A DNA stretch of 64,000 bases from Perkinsus chesapeaki ATCC PRA-425 (Eukaryota; Protista; Perkinsozoa). The stretch covers positions 124,001 to 188,000 of the forward strand of contig JAAPAO010000001.1 of NCBI GenBank assembly GCA_013115145.1, written 5' to 3'. Below are positions 23,901 through 35,375 of this stretch, piece after piece. Below the pieces are notes generated by a model. The model saw only the letters and a list, made by a program, of their open reading frames with translations. It ran no database searches and was not told where the DNA came from. Both the position numbers and the translations under genes were made by a program. How positions within the stretch are numbered: the first letter of the stretch is position 1; each line of letters opens with the position of its first letter.

Positions 23901-25434
23901 CAGGTCCCTTCCCCTCGGGGTCGATACGCAACACAGTAATATCTCGGCCACCACCACCATCAGCCTCAGACGAGGAGCCAAGAGCATATAGTAACGAACG
24001 TGATTCATCAAAGGCAACTTGCACCACAGGGCCTAACACGGAGCTGGCATCCGATGTCACAGTCTGTACCCTACCGGAAATGCTGACAATCCTCGAGGCC
24101 ATACTTCTGAAGATACCAGGTAGATGGGACGAGAAGGGCCTGAGGTGATGCATGGAGGGAGGGGAGACAGAGAGGATGTTACCGATGCAGGCACTTTAGT
24201 TTTGCTCTATGTTGGTCAGTGAAGCCGCTGCCACCAGAGCCGCTCAAGGCTGCCGGTAGTAGGCGACGACGGCGAGCCTTCTGGGCCTGCTGTTCCCGCC
24301 ATAACTCGGTCTCTGTAACGTATCTATCAACCGGTAGTGGAGGGTTTGCTAGGCTGACTGAGGAGCTTACTCAACTTCCCATATGCTTCCATCGGATGCT
24401 CCAGCATAGATGGCTCCGCCTGGCGTGCCACACATGGAGATGAAGCGAGTTGTCTCACCTAACTCATTACCTCGGCACTTGAGAGATATCATGCTTACCT
24501 TCGGCAGCCTCACCAGGCAGAGGAGCACTAGCATACCGGACAGGTGGCTGCAAAGATTGTGACGTATCGGAGACACTGAGGACTAGTAGATAGACCGATG
24601 TAACTGAGCTGGTAATAACAATAAGCCGCCTCCTCCAATGTGGCCTACCAGTAGCCACAGCCATCATCCACCGTCTACTGTGCTGTCGGCGGCCATGCTG
24701 CACTGTACCATTGAGAGAGCCTCCTGTGGTGGTGGTGTCCCTCCACGCAGTAATGCAGAGAGCTGTCACCGAGTCATCTTCATCATCGGATACATTAAAC
24801 CTAATCAAGTGGGTATCGACTCATGCTGCTGCTGCTGCCGCCTCACTCTATCACGTCCTGACCACACTTGAGAGGATCCCAGATGACAACCGTTGAGCCT
24901 CGGGACTTCCACTGCCTGCCGAGCTCACCTGAGGTAGTAGCGCTGTGCCACTGAGGACTACTTCTACATGGACTCACTTATAACACCCATCCTCTCCCAC
25001 TCCCCATCATCCTCGCTCTCCGGCGTGGCCCAGGACTCACCAGCTGATACATACTGGTGGAGCTCCTGGGGGTCATCGGTCAGAGCAGGCGGTCTGGAGT
25101 AGTCACCAAATACGGTATAGGTGGACGCTGATGAAGCAGCAACTGTGGATACCACAGTAGGGCCGTATGGTACTTACTTCCAGTGATGGATCCACCACCC
25201 CCATCGAGCATAAGGGACTGGAGGTCACCAGCAGTATCATCCATAGCAGTTCCGGCCTCGACCGCCCCTGAAGCAACCCTTGCTGGCAGGCCTCATCGCG
25301 AGGAGGGAGGGCTTACTAATGGCACCGTCAACTTCACAAGGTAAAGATTCATACACTGTAGAGCTGCTAGCTCCTCCGAAGCCACGATGATAGGGTGATT
25401 GATGCATAGGAAGGGCAGCAGCTGCAGCAGCCAT
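20911..25434 (-). CDS. NUP155: Nucleoporin Nup155/Nup170 homolog (beta-propeller plus the start of the alpha-solenoid)
   Basis: Motifs include GAIYAGASDGSIWEVEY, VVQVAFDESRSLLYAL, LLAILRGGTRVY, SPRLRGLCLYISRLVRPFW and CRPLVASLI. About 20 exons. The 3' end is approximate. Confidence 0.85.
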
Positions 25435-25583
25435 CTTGCTTAGCTCTATCTAGTACTACACAATCAACCTACTACCACAACACTTAATTGGCGCACTAAA
25501 CCAAACAACAACAGCAGGCCCGTCCTGTCTGGTAAATGACATAATAAGAGTAACAATGATGCTGTTCAGTGCATAATATGGTT

Positions 25584-28500
25584 TTAATGTAACTTGGCAC
25601 GTTTAGATGACCGCCGCTGAGCTCCCTTGAGAAGATCCGAAAGCCTGAAACTCAGATGCTTCGATACTTCACCACGTGACCTGGCCCTGCCCACCTTTTA
25701 GCTCCAGTAGGAGCCCTGTCAGCTGTTGGAGCGCTGTTACTGAGAGGATCTCGCCGCTCCTGGCTGGTAGAGGCCACAGTAAGCGTTGATTTGACGGATT
25801 TCTCAGGAACTTTACGGACAACCGGAGATCGGCTGACTTCTTTTTTCGGCTGAGGTGCAGGGCCCGAGCCAGCTCGAGACTGAGAGCGATTACAGTGACC
25901 GCACTGCACAAGGTTGTCTCCTACCTTAACAGATGGATCTGCCTTGCAAGCCAGAGAAAGGAAATAATCCTACAGGGGCGGATAACAAGCACATGCGTCA
26001 TTGACATTTACATTACCCGGACAGACTTCTCACATTCAGCATAGGCGTCGATCTCCTCCTGAGTAGCTTCCTTTGACACCGACCATGCCCTCATGAGACG
26101 CTTAATAAGCCGCTTAAGAGACATCTCTTCAGTGTCGCCTTCAAGTCTGAAAAGCATGACAGTAGCAGATCCCAGTAGCCATACGAAAGCGACAGCGAGC
26201 CTCCACCTTACACCGGTAGGACGGTCTGTTTAAAGACGCTTCTGAGCCCACTAGGGTTCCAAAACGGAGCAATAGTCTTCCACGGTATATCGTCTCGACT
26301 GCTGATCTTCTCTAGTAGCCTGCCATTCTTGTCAGGTAAAGTGCCTTTGACGGCAGCCTGGATGCTCCTTAGGATGTATCTCACAAATGCCTAAGTGAAG
26401 GCAACAAGCTTCCAAGACTGAAAACACTTAGCTGTTACCTGATAATCCTCCAAATCCTCCCATGCCTGCTTGGTGGCATGTCGTATAATATGCCTCAACA
26501 GAGACATCACTTCATCCTCAGACACCTCACCATCCATACCACGCTTACCAAGCTCACTGAAGAGGGAAAACTAATCAGTTAGGGTCGAACAATTTGGGTC
26601 ATTGAGCCAAGTAATTTCCAGGCGATCTCCTAGAAGAGAATACACTCAAGGGCTCCACGGAGCCGACCGTTTACACCAGCGTCGAGGAGGCGTCAAGAGC
26701 CAGGTCTTTGGTATGAACCCGACAGCGGGGGTAACTGCATGAGGCATGCATCTTACCGTTTGAGATTGTTTGCTATAATAGCTGAGCTCTCAGCATCGCC
26801 TTCCTCGGCGGGGAACCTAAAATCGGATTAAACGAATAAAAGGTTGGGAGTGGTACCTGAAGTCGAGCCCATTGCCATCAATAATAACAAGGGCCAATAG
26901 CTGACAACGCTTCTCTTTACTTAGAGACTCGAAGGTAGGTCTAGTAGTAGAGGGATGCCTGACAACAACAGCAGCAGCTATAAGGAAAATACAGACATGG
27001 ACCAAACTTACTCATCAACGATTCTGGCCTCCACTATATCTAATACCGATTTCTCATCAACTCGCCTGAGATACAGGGGTATTGCATATCCCATGCCCTC
27101 GAGCCTACTCTTTATTAGTCTCCTCGTCACTATCGCTCGAATCGCTAGAGTCACTGGATGAACTGAGTAAAGACCTATCCACAACTACTTAAGCCGCAAT
27201 GTACCTGGAACTGCTCGAAGAGCTGCCATCATCCGACTCTGCTGACTCCTGTGTGGTTGGTGGGTCCCGCGGACTAACACACAGTATAACTGTCTACCTT
27301 GCCGACGGCAGCTCACCTCGCTCCCTTCTTTCCCTTTGTATTCAATCCGATAACTATTCCATCAATATTATACGACTCAGGCACCTTATCCTAACGTAAC
27401 TTCATACCGCACTTTTCTCTACTAGACTATTTTCATACCTTAAGGCTCTCGTCAACAGATACTGCAAGGCTCATAATATACGTCTAAACAATAACCCCTT
27501 TATCACATAGGCATCATCAGCAGGCCTACCCTGACAAGATGCTCACATTCCTCAGCGGCTTTCCGTTCCTCCGCAGTTTGCTCGTCCGCCAACTCCCAAG
27601 CGTCCCACAATTTGTCGACAACTTCCTCGAATGGCGTGTCCTCCTTGAACTCCCCTTTAACCCTACAGGCCCCACTACCACCCTATGCCTCAAAGGACGA
27701 CTTACTTCCCCAATAAGACCTTAGTGTAAAAAGCCTTGAGATTATGAGCGTCTATGAAGGGCGCCACCAGCTTCCATTGGACTTGTTCAAAACGCGTTGC
27801 AGGGAAGCAAACAGTGGTGCTGTCTCCAGGTAGCTTTAAAGTTCCCTCAACTGCCGCTGCTATTTGCCGCACTATGTGCCGCGACAAGGCCTATAAGATC
27901 ATCCACTCTTCGGCAATACCACATCTTTTGCTTACGTCTTTATCAGTAATATGTCGGAAGGCATAGCCACTTGCTTTTTGCATGGCCAGATGGAATATAT
28001 TAGGCCACTGTCTCGTGTTAAATATATTACCAGGCAGCTCCTTATCGGGCAAGCTACTCTCAACAAGCCTAATAACCATATTAACCTCCTCACCAACTAC
28101 CTCATTACCTCTTATAGACCTCCAATATCTCTGGGGTTTTAGCTGGATCATTGCCCATATGAAATCTAACACCACACTACTTACCCCTACAACTTCCCAC
28201 CTATTACGGGAAGTCAGCACCATATACCGTCACCAGCGCCGCACACAGCCATTTCGATCGGGCTCCCGCAGCCGGCAGGCCAAGCCGTGTGTCCGCGTCC
28301 ACCGTAGGTTTGCTGCCTTGGTTGTATCTGATGCCTCTGCACGCCCTACCCTACCCTCCTTCCCGTACTACCCTCTTCTCAAGATCCCCAAATAATCGTC
28401 TATAACATATTTAGGTAGTTTCATCATCTCAGACATTTCCCCCAAAGACATCTTCACTTCCCCTTTTTGAACCTCCGCAAGCAACTCCTTCTCCTCCTTA

Positions 28501-29100
28501 GTAAGCTGCATATTCTTCCTATAATAATTATCTAACCTCCACCATTACTCATCATCATCACCTCCCCACCAACCCTACCTGGCACCAGATGTCGCCGAAT
28601 CGCCTGTTGCATGCTCTCGCAGCTCCTATGTGGCAGCTTAGCCTTCATAAACAGCACCGGCCAGAACTCTTTAAACCCCAAGCCTCCAGCTTCCAGTATG
28701 AACCTAACAGTGTCCACTAACCCCACACACCATTGCAGGATGCCGCCCTACTTCCACGTAGTGTCATCATCCCAATTGAGGCTCTTCTGGGTTTCCTCTA
28801 AAGCTGCTGCCAGCCGATTCAGCTCCGCATTGGTGTACGAAACACGGGCAAACTCGATCCTATCACGATCAGCTGATGACACTACAGCTGCTGCAGCCAT
28901 ACTCACCCTGAGTCCCTCAGTTGCTTATCTGGACGAAGTCCTCGCACAATCCTGATTAGAATGGACGTAGATAACCGTGCCCATCCATCACCAACTACTA
29001 CTACCATCTTGAGTCGGTCGGTGGGACCGAGGCTACGACCTTACTGAGTGCCGCCACCTCGTATTTGTTAACTGGGAAGGGTGGTGGCTTGGTCAGTGGT
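25584..29100 (-). CDS. Myb/SANT-like (Reb1/TTF1-like) helical nuclear protein with an internal duplication; probably continuous with the upstream AT-hook segment
   Basis: Exons include SYTNAELNRLAAALEE, FWPVLFMKAKLPHRSCESMQQAIRRHL, VQWKLVAPF and DIPWKTIAPFW. Ends in a basic KRAKLH*. Confidence 0.5.
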
Positions 29101-29294
29101 GACGCCTCATCAACGCTTGACATTGACTCCAAGCTAAGATATCCAAAAGTCGCTGCAACTCAACCCCAAATATGCTGTCAGACATTCTATCACCAATGTC
29201 TCCCTGCAGCTCCCAGCTGTCATTGCTCTCATACCGCTCTTCCCCCAAATTGCATTAAATTCAATGATACCTCTCTCTTTACCTCACCGATCTC

Positions 29295-31030
29295 TCATCC
29301 ATTCTCACCCTTCTCCTTCGGCGGTGTTGCCTTGGCTCCCGGTGGTATAACGGGTACCGGTGCCCTCCCCAAATCATCGGGCCTTATCGCAGTGCTCTTC
29401 GGGCTCACGGTGGCGCCGGACAGCCTGTCTATTTTAGGGGCCAGAAGACCCTGGGTTCGACTCCCAGCCACGGCATTCGTCTGGCGGCCATTTAAAACTG
29501 TATTGGCCACCGCCGGTTTCGCAGCACCCTCCCCCCCTGGAGCCCCAGATGGTCGGCTCCCATTACTCTGGATATTCTGTGCCACATTCTGCCCTCTCCA
29601 TGCTGTAGCTTGGCGGGCTGCCACTAAGGTCTTCAACTGCTCTATTAGCGCTGCGTTCTGCTGTGGTGTTCCTGTCCCACTCGGAGTCGGAGCCGGAGCC
29701 TTGCTCGAACTTGCCATGTTCGGTGGTTGACTCTGAGCCACCGATGCGGCTTTAGCTCGAGCATTCTGCTGTTGTTGTTGCTGTGCTGCTTGGTGCAGCA
29801 GGAAGGCATACGCCAGAGCTGGACTAGTGGCATGAGGAAGCAAACCAGGTGGTAACTAATAACCACCCAATCACCACAGTTCCTGTCTTCCCTATTACCG
29901 TAGATATCAACGGTGCCCCTCCAGAGGCCTTAGCCGGTCTTCTCTGTATGTTTCCCGCCGTAACAGTCGTAGTAGACGGCCTGTGTGATATGATACCCAT
30001 CGAAGTCCTAGCCTAGTAGCCTTACTTTGTCACTTGCCGGCTTACCGCTCCAGGAGGCACAGGCTGTGGCTGTTGGTCGGAGGCAACACCTTCGCCCTTC
30101 ACACCATCTCTAGCGCTGAATATCCGCTACCTCTTAAAGGCCACCTGCCACTACTACCTCGTATCGATGACTCCCACAGGTCCCAGTGTATCATACACCA
30201 AATGAGCCCCTGCAGTGGGCTCTTCCTTGACAGTTGTCTTAGCCTTCTTAGCCTCCCTATCAGATTCACTCGGAGCTGGCGCCGCACTATGTGTGGATGG
30301 TTCGCTTTTAATTTCGGTCTTTTTTGGCCGACCTCTTTTCTTCTTTTTGAGTTTACCTAAATGAACCCTATCTCCCTTCCCATCCCGTCCGAGGATAGAC
30401 TTTCCCACCTACCGTCCCTAACAACAGTTCAAGTGCGTCCCATTAATTTTCGTAAAATTTACCGAATACCACATCTTCCAGCGCCCCCCTCCCCGAAGCC
30501 GTTATTACCGTCAAGAGCCTTTGTTTCCTCTTTCGTATCAACAGACACCACTACAGTCTTCGGTTTGTCTACTATATTAGTTACCGGTGGTATAACCTGT
30601 CCTCCAGGCTGTGTGCCTGGTAGCCACTTAGGCGGCGCATCATCTGGCCTTGGTAAATGTATAAGCTTTTCCCTCGTATCATCTATACAGCATAAACCAC
30701 TATACCTGCACCGGCCACTTAACCGTGCAAGAAGAAAGTAGCATTGTTACTCCTCCTCAGCTACTTTTAATTCCTCTACTATATCAGATATCTCTGAGTG
30801 AGGTCTCGTCCGTACTATCTCATCGAACCATTTCATCCACCTTGTCGCCCCTAAATGATATCTTTCCGCCCTTTTCGGTTCCCATTAGTTCTACCTTTGT
30901 CGTTTTCCCTCGTCAGAAGTGTGCTACTGTCGGTCTCAACAGTCTCCACTGTCCCAGCTTTCAATGGCCCCCTTCCCCCCTTCCTCTTGGCCGATGCTCT
31001 CTTATTTGTACTGCCAGCCTTCCGTGGCAT
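29295..31030 (-). CDS. AT-hook-containing low-complexity nuclear protein (5' part of the gene above, or a separate gene)
   Basis: Start MPRKAGSTNKRASAKRK. AT-hook KKKRGRPKK at ~30310-30345, followed by Q/A/P-rich exons. Confidence 0.55.
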
Positions 31031-31427
31031 CTTCAACTTCACAGCAAGAAGTTGAGGCCAAGCAATTTCGGGCGTGCGCGATTTACCGTGACCCAGCCGC
31101 CGCTGCCGGCTCGGATCGGAAAACTGTACAAAAACAGATGGCTTACCGGTGCCGTGGCAAGGGCACTCTCAACGAGTCTCAGAGGCTCGCAGGCATTACC
31201 GTTAGAAGTCTTGAATCCAAAGCTAAATGCATCGTTGGTAAAATTGTGTATGCGTGCTAAATTTTGGGGGAATTCATGACCGGGTGAGCTTGGTGGAGTT
31301 GCCGTTTGGGGCTGTTCTTGTTTTCACAGTGATACGTCGTTTTCAGCAGTTTTGTGGCAACTTTTAATCCTCACCGATTAACCTTGTTACGTCATCATTG
31401 ACGTGAAAATATAGTAACCGGTCGCTA

Positions 31428-33593
31428 ATGTCATCAACCTCCCGGTTTGTGATTGGCATCGTCGTTAATATAGTCGGTGCTATAACGACCAACTTGGGCA
31501 CAGTATTAATGAAATATCATACAGCAGTGAAGCATGGTAAAGGCCATTCACTGATTATTGGACTTATATTATTCTGTATTGGTTCTATATTAACATTTGG
31601 ATCATTTGCCTTTGCACCACAGTCTTTGCTATCCGGCATATCAGCTATACAGTTTGTGTCCAATCTATTCTTTGTACACTATTTCCTCAAGGAACCATTC
31701 ACTGTTTACAATGTATGTGGTACCGTGGTCATCATTGGTGCTATTGTCATGCTCGTCGTATCATCCAATAAATCCGAGTCCATTAATAATGTTGATACGA
31801 TGTTTCGAGACTTTTACTTTTCAGCTACCCATGGGTACTTCCTCATTGGTCTGCTATGTGTTATTATCTTCGTTGGCTTTCTCTTTTGGATGCGTACCGG
31901 TGCTCCAATTCTGTGGTTGTGGAAGTCTAAATGGCCCAAGAGGATACAATGGGAGCTGTCGTTACCACGTTCACAAGGGAGAGCAACACGCTTTCTGGTC
32001 CCTTCCGGGTACACCTTCTGCGTTGCTGCTGTTGGTGCCCAATCGGTGGTATCCGGCAAAGTATTGTCTCTGATCGTTACCCAGGCCTTTGCTGGTCATG
32101 TCAAACAACTTTATCAGGGCAGGTCGTTCCTGGTGCTGTTTGCTTGGCTCTTCGCCGCTATCTTTTGGGTTATTCATCTCAATAGAGCTCTTCGCATTTT
32201 CCCAGGAGCATTCCTTGTGCCTTTAACGCAGGTCTGTTGGACTCTGTCTACGATGTTATCTGGTGGAATTGTCTTCAAAGAGTTCGCGTCAATGCAATCC
32301 TGGCAACTTGGCGTATTCTTCAGCGGAACTGGTGTGCTGTTTTTCGGCGTCTTTCTGTTAAGTCCAAGGACTACAGAGGATGATACCGCTCAGGAGGCTC
32401 GAAGGCGCAGCTCTATTGCGGCCAGTAGAGCCAGTAGTCTGGCAGCGATGCCGCGTAGCGAAACCGCTATGAGCGTGAGGAGTGTCGCTGACACCCCCGT
32501 CAGCTTGAATAGTATAACCTTACCCCAATACGGTGGGCCATTGTCTCCTAGGACAGCTGGCCCGTGGGCCTCGCCAAATAGGCGCCGAAGTCGGTTGTTA
32601 TCTGATGACACTTCACTGGCAGCAGATGACTACCAGTTGGGGAACTATCATCCACATCATCAAGAGCAGCATTGTCCCCCACCTGTAGTAGGTAGGACTA
32701 TGTCTTTACGATCAAACTCACTGTCAGAGGGCGGCCCGGCACATGTACCCTATTCTAACGAAATGCCAGCAGCACCGCCACCGCCGCCCTCTTTGGAGCC
32801 CGGTGGTTTAAGGAGTCCTGGTGGAACTGAGATAACAAGGCAACGTACACTTACGAGGATAATGTCAGCAATGACGGTGGATGCAGCGGCAGAGGTTAGG
32901 CGAGAGGAAGGAGCTGATCTTGGTGGATTTGTTATAGAGCCAAGAGAGACTCGTCATCATCATCATAATCACGCGGATACATTGGACTACCGGTCTAGTA
33001 CGGAGGATAGGGGAGAGTCATCTACAGGGACATCCGATATGCCAGATGATGCTGAGCTGCAGAGGAGGCGTTCCTTCAGGTTGCGCTCAGTTTCTGTGGG
33101 GACAAATTCAGCTGATCTGGACAGGAGCTTCCCGGATCCTCCCTACCTGAAATTGAGTAGATGGTTGGCTAAAAGGAAGCGAGTAAAGGCTGAGAAGAAG
33201 CGACTGAAGAAGCTTCAGCAAAGAGGGGCGAGGGATAGAGGATTTGACAACTTGGCATCCCGTTCGACAACGACGCCAAATAGTGGAACTGTTGACGATG
33301 ATGATCAAGGAGATGAGTCTTCCTTTGGGACTTTACCAAATGATGTGGAACTATGTAACATGGAGGCCGGCAATAGGCATCCTCGCCCAAGCTGTTTGAG
33401 GCCGCCGGGTGGTAGAGCTGCTGGCTCTGTTGGTAAAAGGGCAAGCTTTAGCTCATGTACCTCCGGTTCTCGAGCACCGGCTCGTCCAGTCCCTGATACC
33501 CCTCCTGATTCAATGCCTTCCTGTACCTCCTCCGCGGTTACTGGTCGAGGGGGTGGTGGGAGTGGTGTTGATGGATCTATCTCCGAGCTATAA
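31428..33593 (+). CDS. NIPA-family (DUF803) Mg2+ transporter with a long disordered C-tail; intronless
   Basis: 721 aa ORF with 9 hydrophobic segments and motifs FGSFAFAPQSLLSG, FWVIHLNRALRIF and GGIVFKEF. Confidence 0.92.
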   Translation: MSSTSRFVIGIVVNIVGAITTNLGTVLMKYHTAVKHGKGHSLIIGLILFCIGSILTFGSFAFAPQSLLSGISAIQFVSNLFFVHYFLKEPFTVYNVCGTVVIIGAIVMLVVSSNKSESINNVDTMFRDFYFSATHGYFLIGLLCVIIFVGFLFWMRTGAPILWLWKSKWPKRIQWELSLPRSQGRATRFLVPSGYTFCVAAVGAQSVVSGKVLSLIVTQAFAGHVKQLYQGRSFLVLFAWLFAAIFWVIHLNRALRIFPGAFLVPLTQVCWTLSTMLSGGIVFKEFASMQSWQLGVFFSGTGVLFFGVFLLSPRTTEDDTAQEARRRSSIAASRASSLAAMPRSETAMSVRSVADTPVSLNSITLPQYGGPLSPRTAGPWASPNRRRSRLLSDDTSLAADDYQLGNYHPHHQEQHCPPPVVGRTMSLRSNSLSEGGPAHVPYSNEMPAAPPPPPSLEPGGLRSPGGTEITRQRTLTRIMSAMTVDAAAEVRREEGADLGGFVIEPRETRHHHHNHADTLDYRSSTEDRGESSTGTSDMPDDAELQRRRSFRLRSVSVGTNSADLDRSFPDPPYLKLSRWLAKRKRVKAEKKRLKKLQQRGARDRGFDNLASRSTTTPNSGTVDDDDQGDESSFGTLPNDVELCNMEAGNRHPRPSCLRPPGGRAAGSVGKRASFSSCTSGSRAPARPVPDTPPDSMPSCTSSAVTGRGGGGSGVDGSISEL

Positions 33594-34209
33594 TAATTTA
33601 GTAACTGGTATGTATTTTATGACGTAGTAGTTTCTCATCGGTTTTAGCATTGGTAAGCCCTATTGTCCTCCTGCTTTTATCCGTCTCTGTGAGTTCTTCC
33701 CAACAGAGTTCCCCTCAGCCGTTGTGCCTGGTATTCCTGTAATTGGTCGCCACTGTTCTATGATGACGCTTCAGAGATGTTATAGTCCGTTGGACCACCA
33801 CTACCACGTCCACCTATTACTGCTGCCTTTCCCTTACCTAACGGTAGTTATCGATTTCAGTGCATCGTCACTGTCTTGCCAAAGTTCCTCTTGGTCGGGA
33901 CGTGACGTTCGAAGTGTGATAATCCTTTGTTGTATACAAACCACTTTACCATTCATTTTACTATTTCACTACTTGATCGACTGTTGTGTTACAGAAGTTG
34001 AAAGGACAGGGGGACAGCACCGACACAAACACGAGGCATTACTACCACAAAGATATTGTGTTCCCGCGGGATCACAGCTGAGCTTAGGAACAACGTGAAC
34101 AGTAAGTAAAGAGCTTCGTACAAATCAGTCTTGAGAGCTCATGTGAGTGGGGAGGAGTTGATCGTTCTTTGTTCAGTATTATTATTAACACTCGAATTAT
34201 TTCATAACA

Positions 34210-35075
34210 ATGCCTGCTCTGAAGCTCTACTATTTCGATATGGCCGGCCCTGCCGATCCTATCCGGCTCATCTTTGCCATTTCTGGTAAGGAACGACGAG
34301 TCTCGCGTAATCTATTCATACCATCCCTTTACAGGTATTAAGTTTGATGATGAAAGGATCCAGATGAAGGACTGGCCTACCATGAAGGAGTCTGGCAAGT
34401 TCCCTCTCAATCAAGTGCCAGTCCTTGAGTTCGAGGATGGTACCATGGTTACTCAAAACCACGCTATCATGAGATACGTTGCTTCAGTAAGTGTCGCATC
34501 CATTCGTCTCGCTGCTTCAATGCCTTGTGGCATGCTTGGTTTATTATTTGTTATTGTTTTCAGCTAAACCCCTCTACTGGCCTGTATCCTTTGGACCTAA
34601 GACAGAGGTTGCTCGTTGATGAGATAATGGATATCGTTAAGGATATCCAGTGGAGCATCGTCTCAGTGGTAAAGACACCCGAGGGAGAGGCCAAGGTTGC
34701 TGCTCAAAATGTAAGCTTTTCTCGAGTTTTGATTGTCTGACCTGCTATTTCGCTGGCTTGTTCAGAACCTGTATGAGAAGGTCCTTCCTTTCTTCTTCTC
34801 CAAGATTGAAGACCGTATGGGAAAACACGAGTACACAACTGGCGATTCCTTGACTATTGGCGATCTCGTAAGTGTTCTCCTGTGATTCTATCATCACTAT
34901 GTGTTATCGTTTTTAGGCTCTTTATGGCATTTACGGTATGCTTCATTGCCCATTCATATCTGGTCTACCGGAAAATCTCTTCACTCCCTATAAGAAGATC
35001 ACACACTTGTTCAATCTGATTGACGCTAATCCCGCTGTTAAGCTCTGGAGGGAGAAGCACGAAGTTAGTCAGTAA
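34210..35075 (+). CDS. GST: Glutathione S-transferase (sigma/HPGDS-like)
   Basis: Spliced ~210 aa: MPALKLYYFDMAGPADPIRL...FDDERI...KFPLNQVPVLE...QNHAIMRY...GDSLTIGDLALY...NPAVKLW. Confidence 0.92.
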
Positions 35076-35375
35076 ATGGTTTAACCTTTTAATAATTATC
35101 TTTTGATTGTTAAGAGACTCTGAATCCCTCGCAAAAAGGAAGGTTATTTCAAATGTTCTCTTTCCAAGCCTTGAACGTTTTGTGTTGACCAAGTTGTTGT
35201 TAAAGTTGAGGATGAATACAGTTGTACACAATATGATGAGCAATGGGAAACGATTACATAATTTGACGTGTGTACATGTGTTATGCGGCTGGTTCGTATT
35301 TATACTCCCTGAAATACAATATGACAATACTAATCACAGTAACGTACCTCCTCGATCTGTTTCTCTATCTCACTG

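Noticed and set aside
25428-25445. Partial match AGCCATCTTG to the Perkinsus spliced leader
   Set aside because: It is simply the reverse complement of the Nup155 start context (aagATGGCT) and is on the wrong strand for a relict SL.
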